In this document: one piece after another, positions 1 through 17,500 of the stretch
Position numbering within the stretch: position 1 is the first letter of the stretch
Layout of the letters: each line of letters begins with the position of its first letter
From: Macrostomum lignano
Lineage: Eukaryota
Reading direction: 5' to 3'
Length of the DNA stretch: 35,432 bases
Assembly: GCA_002269645.1 (NCBI GenBank)
Contig: NIVC01004769.1
Span: 1 to 35,432 of the forward strand
The notes under the pieces: model-generated
Told to the model about the DNA's origin: nothing
The model's database searches: none
What the model saw: the letters and a program-made list of their open reading frames with translations, nothing else
Made by a program: the position numbers and the translations under genes

Positions 1-775
1 TAGCTAATTTAGCAAATAGAGCATTCCATTTTTTACAGTATTTAGGAATGAAGAACCGCTTTTGTTGCTCTGTTCTAGAGAAAGGAAGCTTAAAGTATCG
101 AGTTGTTTGCTGATAGAAAGCAATTATATTAAAGCTATTAATATCACTGCAGAAAAAACAAAAATCGCTTGTGCAACAATATTTGGTTCAATAAACAGAC
201 AAATTATTAGAAACTCAAACTAATGACCCACGCACGTCATTTTTTTTTTCTGCTAGAGGCTGGAGCGCACTATCACGTAAGTTAAATTGCACGTGATTGT
301 GATTTTGCGAATCCGGTTATCAATTTTGGAAAACTCCAAACGCATTAGCAATGAGCATAAAAAATAGAAAAAAAAACATTAGCAATGCTCGTAGTTTATA
401 ACTCATAATGCTTCGCGATATAGTTAAATAGTTGATTAAAATATCTCAAAGATCATACATTCCCGTATTGTTATACTGTGTTATATTTTGGTGATAACAC
501 TGTCGTGAAATATTTCAATATTTTTTTCGTCGAAAGGTCCGATCCAGTTGAAAATGTGTGAAAAAAACTCGCTTCTCTATTCCTTTCTGCTTTGAAGCTT
601 GAGATTGTGCATTTAATATTTTTTAAATATATAACTTTAAAAAAATTCTAGTGAACTTGGTGCTTGTTTCTAGCCCAGTGATCTTCCTTTATAGAGAAGA
701 TTTAGGGCACACCCCTAGGTCATATACGATATTTTTTAGACAGTTTCTGGCTCATCGCGTGATAATACAATAACA

Positions 776-6180
<5,405 letters not shown>

Positions 6181-6942
6181 ATAGCGATTAGCTTATGAAA
6201 TAAACTTACTATAGTTCAATAGCTATAATTTCAGCTTAACGACTGCCTCAAGCGCTATAGCATTGAAAATTCTGTAGTTTGCTTACCGTGGTGTCATCGT
6301 CAATAGCTAGACAATGCAACTACTTTTTTGTTTAGGATAAAAAAATTATCCACCGATAAAAATATGAAAACCATTTTTGTTCAAGATAATTATGTATTTG
6401 AAATTTCGTACTCTTTGTTACTACTCTTTTAGTCAGTAGCTTGAATGAACATTTAGCGATTTTTCCAAGTATGAAAAAACAATTGGACGCTGATTGCTTT
6501 ATTTTTTTCCAGCCAATTACTTTTAATAATAATTATATATTGATAACAGTAATATCTAGCTTTACAATCATATTTTCCTGCTGATTTCAAGAATAATTAG
6601 TGTCATTAATAATATTTCCAATATTTTTATCAAACTTTTTTTACACGAAGTAGATTTATGTTGTCTTTTGTACGTTTTTGTTTTGAACTTTTTCAGTTTC
6701 CATGCTGCAGTCGCGCAGTTATTAATAGTCCGTTGCGGATTGGCAATATTTTATTTATTTAGCTGTTTCTAAATCAATATAATTAATCTTTAAGTATTCT
6801 AGTTGATTCTAATCAAGAATTAGATGCGCGTTTCAATCCTGACAAATCTTGGAGATTTTCTTATTTATTGAATGAAAATTTGTTATACATTGTAATAAGA
6901 GCGTAATAACATCTTGAAGCTTACTCGTACGAGCGTACGTGT

Positions 6943-7419
6943 GTGTCAAGAAAAGACAGTTTAAAATACACTAGTAATTGTAATGTTGGCCTTCCTACCT
7001 TCCTACCAGCTACTGCAGGCGCACTCACGATGGCAGGAGCCACTATCTGCTTGGCAAATGAATTCAAGGAGAACAATAGCCACAAAATTTCCCGAAAGCA
7101 AATTTTCCCGTGCAGAAAATTTGAAGTGGCTTTGGAAGCGACAAAACGGCCCTTTTCAGTAACTACCATTTGGAAATTTGAGCAATTCAAGTTGGCTGAG
7201 AAGAGCCACTACAGATGCAGCTGGCACGGGAAACAAGTGGAAGCCAATATTCAGGTGTTAACTGTCAACGCAGAACTGTATTTGATGAAATTTGAGGCTA
7301 AAATAGACTCAATTGTTCTCCAACATCCCCAGCTAACACTCGGAACGCAACTAGCTGAAACTCTCAGCAACAGATGGCAAGAATGGAAAAAGCCCTTTTT
7401 CGCAAGCCTTATACTATAA
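6943..7419 (+). other. Unassigned open reading frame (up to 158 codons; first ATG at 7030)
   Basis: Stop-free frame in a higher-GC patch just upstream of channel copy 1. No recognisable motif. Confidence 0.2.
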
Positions 7420-7516
7420 ATACAAGACCGCATGCAGCTCCCCTCGTTGAAAAGAACCCACAGTAAATGATTCAGAGAGTCCTCGTTGTGACTCAAATTT
7501 TGATTTGTTACTCAAA

Positions 7517-8802
7517 ATGCATCTAAACGCTGAGCAGCTGCAGTGCCTTGTCACCATCTACATTCTCCTTGTACTGTGCAACAAATTCTCGATGGGGAGG
7601 TAAGCACCGACCCGGAAGCTGATCTCATATTTTATCTGAAGAACAACATCACCAAGTACAGCCCGCTATTGCGGCCGCTTCTCAACTCTAGCGAGATTCA
7701 TTACATTAACATGGACATTTCCGTGACTCAGCTAGTGTCTGTGGACAGCGCCAAGCAGAGTGTGAAAATTTCTGCACTCACTTTAGCCAGATGGCTTGAG
7801 GAGCGACTAGTATGGGATCCGGCCAGCTTTGGGAATATTACGACAATCAACTGGAACGCGGATGACATTTGGTTCCCAGTTATCTTGATGTACAACGGCA
7901 TCGGCGACAACCAAGTCCTAGCGAAACAGATACCGGTGTATCTGACCTCTTGGACGCCTAACGCAACGTTTGTTACGGCTACGTGGCGCAACGATATTGA
8001 ATTCTCCTGCCAATTCGATATGAGAAAATTTCCGTTGGACCAGCACACCTGCGAGCTGCTGTTCTTTATTAGCGACCAGGGCCACGGCAATAGAATGGTG
8101 CAGCCGAAACGATTAGTGCCGTCGTTCAACGTGCTCGGCACCTACCAGCCCAACAGCGAATGGATCATGCTGAACGCTAGCACCAGGGCGGAGCCGCAGC
8201 TGTTCGAAGTGTTCGAAGGCAGGCCGCCAATTCCGTTGCCAACATTTCTTTTTCGATTTGAAATCAAGCGAGTGTCGATTTATTATTTTGTTAATATTAT
8301 CACGCCGCTATTGCTGCTGACGCTGCTCCAAGTGCTGGTGTATTTTGTACCAGTGGAGTCCGGCGAGAAGCTGGGATTCGGCATCACAATCATGCTCAGC
8401 TACACCGTGTTCCTGCTGCTTCTAGCCGATATCGTTCCAAAGTCAGAAGATACGCCAGCGATCGCTTCGTTCATCACGGCCGCTATGATAATTTCTACCG
8501 TATCCCTGCTACTGACTTCCGTGATCATGCGATTCCAATTCGCCCCGGAGGGAGCGCGAATGCCCGCCTGTGTCCGGGCCGTAGCTGTTCGCTTTTTAGG
8601 CCGCCTGTTCTGCGTCAGCGGCGCCTCCGGTCCGCCAGTCGACAGCGTGACTAGCATGCGCCGAAAATCCGACCAAGATAACGATTGCGTCAGATCCGAT
8701 TGGGTGGTGGCAGCGCACGCTTTGGAGCGTCTCATGGTGGCCCTCGGGGTGGCTGCCACAGTCGCTATCATCGGGTACTTCGTCATCAGGCCGTACACTT
8801 AA
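7517..8802 (+). CDS. Cys-loop ligand-gated ion channel subunit (nAChR-like, non-alpha, predicted cation-selective), copy 1; signal peptide lies in a different frame from the main ORF
   Basis: Cys-loop CQFDMRKFPLDQHTC, four TM segments and ESGEK before M2. ATG at 7517 encodes the signal-like MHLNAEQLQCLVTIYILLVLCNKFSMG, one base out of frame with ORF 7543..8802 at the GGGG run 7594-7597. Confidence 0.9.
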
Positions 8803-9749
8803 GATCGACGGAAATCGTCAAGTAAAGTCAACCGACTCGTTGAAACTACGAATAATTTCTGCTTCTATTCTTTTTTTTTATTAAAATCTTTCTCACTATA
8901 GAAAACTTATACCGTACTTACCCTAGTTTCTTGAATCACACGGTGATTAAATATCCCAGCTTCACAAGCTGTTTGCTTTGATTTTGAAAAAAAAACTTTA
9001 GGTAAAATTGAGATCCTTTAATCCCTTTCAGGTTTGAGAATTGAGAACCTGTTCTAAAAATTTCTGGTCGTATATAATTTCTTGTCCAAAGTCTGTCACT
9101 GATGAAACTCCATATCTCAATATACTAAAACTTACTAATATAAATACCTACGCACGTTCCCACGTAAATATATCTGACTCCTAAACCGTCTGTGTATCAA
9201 AAGACTTGTTTAACAGACTACAAAGACTAAATAGATTTATTTTCACTATATAGACTTGCAATTTCTGTCTGAAACCGTGCAATCAATCACCCGTTCGACG
9301 AATCAAGTTGTTCAAACTAGAATTTTTTTATTTTAACGCAAGTCCTAGAAACTTTCGTCCGCTCCTCTCCATGGTATGATTGAATTTCAAACGAAAGGAC
9401 TGAAATTGAGAGTAAAGAAAAGACGAGAGCTAAATCTTGTGAACTCCATACGCTCAGCTCCCTATTATCAAACAAGAGCTAAACCGACTACAGTAAGCTA
9501 ACAGCAATTCTTCACAAGAACGAACAAGAATTTAATCGAGCTGAACACACACAATTCCCTAAACGGTAAACACAGCCGGAAAAGGTGGCGTACGGGTTTA
9601 TAGCAGAATGTCAAACAATGGTAGGGAAGGAGAGGAAGCGGGATCTTGAAATATAGCATATAGAGACCAAGCATTACCAATACTCTCGACAAGAAAGTTG
9701 AACAAGAGAATCGAGACTGTCGGAGCCATCGAGACCTTCGGTATAAGTT

Positions 9750-11051
9750 ATGTCGGCGACCACGACACTTCTTGTTGCTATCTGTCTACTTGGACTCCCA
9801 ACTGAAGCGCAACAACCACCAGACTACGAAGCTGAATTAATCAAATATCTGAGCAACAACATAAGCAATTTTAGTCCGCTACTCAAGCCAATAAAAGACC
9901 TGAGAAGACAAATGAAAATCAGAGTTGGCTGCATGGTTACCGGCCTAGTCTCCGTGGACAGCGCCAGACAAAGTGTAAAGCTGGCGGTTTTCCTACACAC
10001 GAGCTGGCCAGAAGAGCGACTTGTCTGGAACGCGTCACAGTTTGGCAACTTGTCTGTGGTGAGCCGGGATGTCAGCCAGACATGGTTTCCCGTGATCATT
10101 ATTTACAATGGCATCGGAGACAACCAGTTGCTGCTGCCTCAGATACCAGTTTTCTTGAGATCGATGTCGCCAAATCTAACGCTAAGCACAGCGGCTTGGC
10201 GCAGAGAACTGGAATTCACCTGCCAATTCGACATGACCAGGTTCCCGCTAGACAGGCACATCTGCGATGTGGAATTCTTTTTTAGCGATCAGGGTCATAA
10301 CAATAAGCTGATTCGTCTAGTGGACAGTAAGCCCGCATTCAACACCCTTGGAATTTACAAGGAGAACGGTGAATGGCAAATGATCAACGCTACTTCGCTG
10401 GTAGAGTACAGAAAGTACAATGTTTTCAACTCTATGCCGCCTGTTCTGCTGCCAACCTACATTGTTCGAATTGAAATCCAGCGCGTGTCGGCTTACTACT
10501 TCATGAACATCATCACGCCGCTGCTGCTGCTGACTCTGCTCCAAGTGCTGGTGTACTTTGTGCCTCTGGAGTCCGGTGAGAAGCTGGGATTCGGCGTCAC
10601 AATCATGCTCAGCTACACCGTGTTCCTGCTACTACTAGACGACATTGTGCCGAAGTCTCGAGCAACTCCGGCGATCGCTTCGTTCATCACGGCGGCTATG
10701 ATTGTATCTGGCGTATCCCTGCTGCTGACCTTAATTATGATGCGATTCCACTTCGCTGCGGGCGGAGCTCGAATGTCAGCCTGTGCTCGGGTCGTGCTCG
10801 TTCGCTTTTTAGGCCGCCTGCTCTGCGTTAGCGCCGCCGGCTCGCGGGTCGGCCAGCAGACTCCAAGCAATCACTGCAGCGAGGTTAGCATCAGGAAGGC
10901 TGACGTTGATGAAACCGATGATGCTAGGACTACCGACCAGCAGTCCGAATGGATGGTGGCAGCGCACGCATTGGAGCGACTCATGGTTGTGCTTGGAGTT
11001 GCTGCTACAGCCGCCATTATTGGAGTCTTTGTTGTGAAACCGTATATTTGA
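9750..11051 (+). CDS. Cys-loop ligand-gated ion channel subunit (nAChR-like, non-alpha, predicted cation-selective), copy 2, single exon, 433 aa
   Basis: Signal peptide MSATTTLLVAICLLGLPTEA, Cys-loop CQFDMTRFPLDRHIC, ESGEK-M2 and M1-M4. Colinear paralog of copy 1. Confidence 0.93.
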   Translation: MSATTTLLVAICLLGLPTEAQQPPDYEAELIKYLSNNISNFSPLLKPIKDLRRQMKIRVGCMVTGLVSVDSARQSVKLAVFLHTSWPEERLVWNASQFGNLSVVSRDVSQTWFPVIIIYNGIGDNQLLLPQIPVFLRSMSPNLTLSTAAWRRELEFTCQFDMTRFPLDRHICDVEFFFSDQGHNNKLIRLVDSKPAFNTLGIYKENGEWQMINATSLVEYRKYNVFNSMPPVLLPTYIVRIEIQRVSAYYFMNIITPLLLLTLLQVLVYFVPLESGEKLGFGVTIMLSYTVFLLLLDDIVPKSRATPAIASFITAAMIVSGVSLLLTLIMMRFHFAAGGARMSACARVVLVRFLGRLLCVSAAGSRVGQQTPSNHCSEVSIRKADVDETDDARTTDQQSEWMVAAHALERLMVVLGVAATAAIIGVFVVKPYI

Positions 11052-11547
11052 CCTGAAAAACACTGGAACGATTTATGATGATTAGTTACCTTAACTACTG
11101 AGGATATAATCTCCAGAATTTGTTGGAGAAATTAGTCGAAAATGCACCAGAACATCATTCTCGTTGGGTAACTTCGATTAAATCTCGTAGATAATACATG
11201 TAGGTATCTCTACTTGTAGCTGGGCCCCCTGGAATCAGTTGGGTCACATTGGGTCTGGTTCAGTCATCAGTAAATGTACTTTTATGCTTCTTACACGAAG
11301 TTAATAAATTCTGGAACATCATCCTTACTACCATCATTCTCATTACAATTACAAATCAAATAAGTAGCTGTGGAAAATATAAAACGAATATGTTTTAGTA
11401 ACTAAGCGATAAAGAAGAGGAAAATCTCGCACAAAAAAGTGTAAACACGAGGGCTTTTTATTAACGAAAAAGAAAAATGCCTTTTTTATATCCATGCAGG
11501 ACGTAGACGGCAAAACAGAAAGTAAGACCGAATTTTGATAAAATTTT

Positions 11548-14500
11548 TCAAGCTTTCCGAGGCTCGCTGCCCATCCTGGGAAACAGCGAACCAAATAAAT
11601 TGGACAATAGCTCGTCGAGTTCAGCGGCGCCTCCAGCCGACGTGCCGTCCAATGGTTTGACAGCATCAGCGATTCGTAACAACGCAGCGTATTGAGCTCG
11701 CGACAGACGCAAATACTGCAGATTCTGTTGGGCCCTGGCCCAATAGTCCGGCAGGAAGGCTGGCAGCTTGTGCAACTCGCCGGGTTGTTCAGCCAGTGCC
11801 GACGGGCGATGATGATGAAGGTCGCGGACGGCTGCAGGACCGACGGATAAAGTGGTGTAGTTACCAATTTCCTCTAGCTCAAAACTGAACCACTATAAAA
11901 AGTTTATTAAAGCCAGGGGCTGTGTACAACCTGTCGCACTTTACCGGTAAGCGACACTGTCACACAATCGGCAAGAGGCATTACTGCCAATTCCGCCGAT
12001 ACGTTCGCAGTCATACGCATAAACTCACACAGGAGTATACAGCGTCGCCCTAACTTGTTTATCATTAGACATGTACACTTCACTGTGCCTTTGGGATTGG
12101 CTTTCAAGAGCATTAATTTTACGAGCAGAGCCAAGCCGAGATTCTTCCAATTTAGCCCGAAATTAATATTGACAGCACTTGGAATCGAGTCTGGGTCGCT
12201 GGCATATCATGGCTGTGGTCTTTTTTCTCCTGGCAACCTACGCGAACTCAAAAACTTATAGCGGTCACCCAAGTGGCAGATCAGCTCAGAGGAAAGCGCC
12301 ACACACTCATTAGGGGCTTAACACGAAAACTTTTTCCAAGGGCTGTCTGTATGAGTATTCTCCAGAATGAATGCCAGGATGCCACAACCCTGTTGCAATT
12401 ATTATTATTATTATTAATACAGTCACCACCTGCAAAATCGAATCCTTAGACTGCACAGCTCGAGTCAAAAACTCTGACTGCTCATCGCCTTGGATGCTTC
12501 CAATTCTTTTTCTATTTTCGAAGTCTCATTGACGATTCGTATAGATCATCTACATAAGCTTCGATCATAAAAACACTCACGCAGCAGAGTCTTGGCGCCT
12601 AATAGCGTGAACACGGTGGCCTCGAAATTCAAATCCTCCACTCCGATGCTCAGCCTGATGCGGCCTTCTAGAATGAACACGGCGTAATCGGCGGGCACGC
12701 CTCGACGATAAATTGTATTGCGATCGTCGTCTCCGTGACTGTTGGGTATAGAGACACGTTAACGGCATTCATTGATTACGGGCTAGGCTGGTTTAACTAC
12801 TAACAGTAGAAAAAAGGAACATAAATATGAAAAAACTGTAATATTGCAATTTGACTTTCAAAAGTGTAACTATTCACTCACATAAACATATGCTTGATGA
12901 GAACTTTTTCCTGGAACATTCGTTCCAGCACAATTTCGGGAATAACTCGCTTGCCAAAGAGGTCACTGTGTTCTGCGAGGAGAAAATATTGGTGAGCTAT
13001 TATTTTATTAACTATTACACAGACAATTGGCAATGAAATAACTTCATTAGATAAGTAGGAAAGATCTGTTCTGGGAGGCTGGCACAGCAACTGAGGATCT
13101 GGGAGGCTGGCACAGCAACTGAGGATCTGGGAGGCTGGCACAGCAACTGAGGATCTGGGAGGCTGGCACAGCAACTGAGGATCTGGGAGGCTGGCCCAGC
13201 AACTGAGGATCTGGGAGGCTGGCCCAGCAACTGGCACTCTGGGAGGCTGGCTCAGCAACTGAGGATCTGGGAGCTAGCCAGCAACTGAGGATCTGGGAGG
13301 CTGGTGGCCCAGCAACTGAGGATCTGGGAGGCTGGCCCAGTAACTGAGGATCTGGGAGGCTGGCCCAGCAACTGAGGATCTGGGAGGCTGGCCAAGCAAC
13401 TGAGGATCTGGGAGGCTGGCTTAGCTACTGGGGTTCTGGGAGGCTGGCCCAGCAACTGAGGATCTGGGAGGCTGGCCCAGCAACTGAGGATCTGGGAGGC
13501 TGGCCCAGCAACTGAGGATCTGGGAGGCTGGCTCAGCAACTGAGGATCTGGGAGGTTGGTGGCCCAGCAACTGAGGATCTGGGAGGCTGGCCCAGCAACT
13601 GAGGATCTGGGAGGCTGGCCCAGCAACTGAGGATCTGGGAGGCTGGCTTAGCTACTGGGGTTCTGGGAGGCTGGCCCAGCAACTGAGGATCTGAGAGGCT
13701 GGCTCAGCAACTGAGGATCTGGGAGGCTGGTGGCTCAGCAACTGAGGATCTGGGAGGCTGGCCCAGCAACTGAGTATCTGGAAGGCTGGTTGCCCAGCTT
13801 ACGGATCGCCAGGCAGTGCACCGCGGCCATCCGGAGCTGAGCTGGAACCTGCATGCCGGTGCTGCCAGCCAGGGCCAGTTCGCGCCAGGACACTCGAGGC
13901 ACGCGTGGCGGCGGACGGTGCGACGGTTGGGCTGCAAAATTCGATTGATTTATTAATAAAGCATCTCATCATTATGCAGCCAATTGTCAGAGAGGGGCTT
14001 CTTGGGAATTGCCAATTCATGTCAATTCTGCTGACCCCTGATTACAAAACCGTACACAGATGAGTACGAAAGCATGCTAGTACAGCGGTCCTGATTTTTA
14101 ACCGTCGGGCGTGAACAGTCACTATGCCTTGAGGGGTTGCCCCTCATGGCTATGAATCGCACGACAATCTTTAGCCAATTTTTGTGCACACACAAGCCCC
14201 GAAGGAATTTGGCTTTGCCCCTGTCTCTTAGGTGGGCGCCCCTGTCTCTTAGGTGGGCGCCCCTGTCTCTTAGGTGGGCGCCCCTGTCTCTTGGGTGGGC
14301 GCCCCTGTCTCTTAGGTGGGCGTCCCTGTCTCTTAGGTGGGCGCCCCTGTCCCTTAGGTGGGCGCCCCTGTCTCTTAGGTGGGCGCCTTTGTCCCTTAGG
14401 TGGGCGCCTTTGTCTCTTAGGTGGGCGCCTTTGTCTCTTAGGTGGGCGCCTTTGTCTCTTAGGTGGGCGTCCCTGTCTCTTAGGTGGGCGCCCCTGTCTC

Positions 14501-17500
14501 TTAGGTGGGCGTCCCTGTCTCTTAGGTGGGCGCCCCTGTCTCTTAGGTGGGCGCCCCTGTCTCTTAGGTGGGCGCCCCTGTCTCTTAGGTGGGCGTCCCT
14601 GTCTCTTAGGTGGGCGCCCCTGTCTCTTAGGTGGGCGCCCCTGTCTCTTAGGTGGGCGCCCCTGTCTGGGTGACAGGTCACAGAAAACTCTCACAAGAAA
14701 CGTCAGTCTCGTCCTCAATCTCTTCTTGAATAATCTCTTCCAAGATGTCCTCAAGCGTTACCATGCCAACCGTGGACTCTTCGTTCACTTCGACTCCAAT
14801 TGCATCCGTTTCTCTATGCCTAACAATTGCCATATGCACTCGGTTGCTCAAGAAGAGTTTCAGCGCGCTATCCAGAGTATCCGTGTCCATAACTGAGTGT
14901 ACTTTTCTGTTGAAATATTCGCAGACTAAATCCACTCGCATTGGCGCGTCGCGACTAACTATAGTTAGATCTTTGAAATTGAGCACGCTGATAATGTTGC
15001 TCCGTTCGCGATCATAAATTGGTATCCTGGTGAAACCGGTCTCCCGGATCTGCTCAACTGTGAACGAGTCAATCAGGGTCTCAGCCGGTAGCATATAAAC
15101 TTCGCTTAGTCCGCGCATTACCTGACCAATCGTTTTATTCTGAAGCGATAGCGCGCCCAAAATTATGTTAGCCTCTGTCCGCTCCAGATTCTGGTTAGCT
15201 ATGAACTCCTTGAGCTTGTTGCGGTCGTACACCTGGTATAGGGTGCGTAGGATCCATGAGATCAATCAGTGGCTTTCCATCAGATCAATCAGTGACTTTC
15301 CATCAGATCAATCAGTGACTTTCCATCATATCAATCAGTGACTTTCCATCAGATCAATCAGTGACTTTCCATCAGATCAATCAGTGACTTTCCATCAGAT
15401 CGATCAGTGCATTTTTATCAGATCAATCAGTGACTTTCTATTAGATCAATCAATGTATTTCTATCAGATCAATCAGTGTATTTCTATCAGATCAGTCAGT
15501 GCATTTTCATCATATCAGTGACTTTCTATCAGACTACTCAGTGAATTTCTATCAGATTAATCAGTGAAATTCTATCCGATCAATTAGTGACTTTCTATCA
15601 GATCAATCAGTGACTTTCTATCAGATTAATCAGTGACTTTCTATCAGATTAATCAGTGAAATTCTATCCGATCAATTAGTGAGTTTCTATCAGATCAATC
15701 AGTGACTTTCTATCAGATTATTCAGTGACTTTCTATCAGATCAATCAGTGAATTTCTATCAAATTAATCTGTGAATTTCTATCAGACCAATCAGTGACTT
15801 TCTATTAGATCAATCAATGTATTTCTATCAGATCAGTCAGTGCATTTTCATCATATCAGTGACTTTCTATCATATCAATCAGTGACTTTCTATCAGAACA
15901 ATCAGTGACTTTCCATCAGATCAATCAGTGACTTTCTATCAGAACAATCAGTGACTTTCCATCAGAACAATCAGTGAATTTCCATCAGATCAATCAGTGA
16001 CTTTCTATCAGATCAATCAGTGACTTTCTATCAGATCAATCAGTGACTTTCCATCAGATCAATCAGTGACTTTCTATCAGATCAATCAGTGACTTTCTAT
16101 CAGATCAATCAGTGACTTTCTATCAGATTAATCAGTGACTTTCTATCAGAAAGATCAGTGAATTTCTATCAGACTATTCAGTGAATTTCTATCAGAAAGA
16201 TCAGTGAATTTCTATCAGAAAGATCAGTGAATTTCTACCAGAAAGATCAGTGAGTTTCTATCAGATCAATCAGTGAATTTCTTTCAGATCAATCAGTGAC
16301 TTTCTATTAGACCAATCAGTGACTTTCTATCAGACCAATCAGTGACTTTCTATTAGATCAATCAATGTATTTCTATTAGATCAGTCAGTGCATTTTCATC
16401 ATATCAGTGACTTTCTATCAGATTAATCAGTGACTTTCTATCAGATTAATCAGTGACTTTCTATCAGATCAATCAGTGAATTTCTATCAGATTAATCAGT
16501 GAATTTCTATCAGATCAATCAGTGACTTTCCATCAGATTAATCAGTGACTTTCTATCAGAAAGATCAGTGAATTTCTATCAGACTATTCAGTGAATTTCT
16601 ATCAGAAAGATCAGTGAATTTCTATCAGAAAGATCAGTGAATTTCTACCAGAAAGATCAGTGAGTTTCTATCAGATCAATCAGTGAATTTCTTTCAGATC
16701 AATCAGTGACTTTCTATTAGACCAATCAGTGACTTTCTATCAGACCAATCAGTGACTTTCTATCAGACCAATCAGTGACTTTCTATTAGATCAATCAATG
16801 TATTTCTATTATATCAGTCAGTGCATTTTCATAATATCAGTGACTTTCTATCAGATTAATCAGTGACTTTCTATCAGATTAATCAGTGACTTTCTATCAG
16901 ATCAATCAGTGAATTTCTATCAGATCAATCAGTGACTTTCCATCAGATCAATCAGTGAACTCGCTCAGAGATCACTTCTTAATGATTCCACAACAACTTG
17001 CCTGCAATGAAAATGACCTCAACATGCAATACACCTCGTACTGCGATACAGAAATCGCAAGCAATGAGATAAAATGAAAAGAGGACCGTAGTTAATTCAA
17101 GGCTCGATATTATTAGGATAAAAAGGCTGGCATTATTGAAAGCGACGAAAATGTCGCATCTGTTAACACACTGTAGACTCTGTACATGTAGGCTTCAGTC
17201 GTATCCTTCATCATCACTGCCGAAAATGTCTCTAGGCGTTAAGCTTACCTGTCTCAAATCCTGGCCGAGTATCTTGTCCAACAGTACGGACAATGGAAAG
17301 CTGATTGGAGCAGTTAAAGCCATAAACAGTATGGTAATTGGCAGGGTAAATGCGCCAATAGCCAATCCGTGACGGGTGCACACAGCCTGAGGAATAATTT
17401 CGCCAAACAGCACAATACCAAGAGATGCCGCTATCACAGTGGTTATACCATCGCCAATTAGCGAGCTCAATATGATTGACAGGGTGGTGTTGACAACAAC

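Noticed and set aside
7728-11063. Antisense ORFs over the channel genes (and similar ones over PP1, ZO-1 and the polycystin)
   Set aside because: Shadow ORFs of GC-rich coding sequence with no motifs of their own.
11349-11867. 172-aa minus-strand ORF
   Set aside because: Out-of-frame overlap with the last CNNM exon, whose true frame matches the CNBH domain.
12170-12215. B-box-like GACTCGATTCC on the minus strand (tRNA or SINE remnant)
   Set aside because: No cloverleaf or A-box could be built; too short to call.
13015-13800. Repetitive QPPRSSVA... ORFs, and Chi-like GCTGGTGG in some variant units
   Set aside because: Translations of the intronic 28-bp array. Chi has no established role here and arises from occasional unit variants.
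14022-14896. Long ORFs with (RDRGAHL)n, (PKRQGRP)n, (LLGGRPC)n and (LSLRWAP)n, and the similar ORFs at 5422-5843
   Set aside because: Artefacts of a 21-bp (7-codon) minisatellite lying inside introns of well-supported genes.
15259-16959. Possible CRISPR-like array
   Set aside because: Units are contiguous with no unique spacers, there are no cas genes, and the context is a eukaryotic intron.
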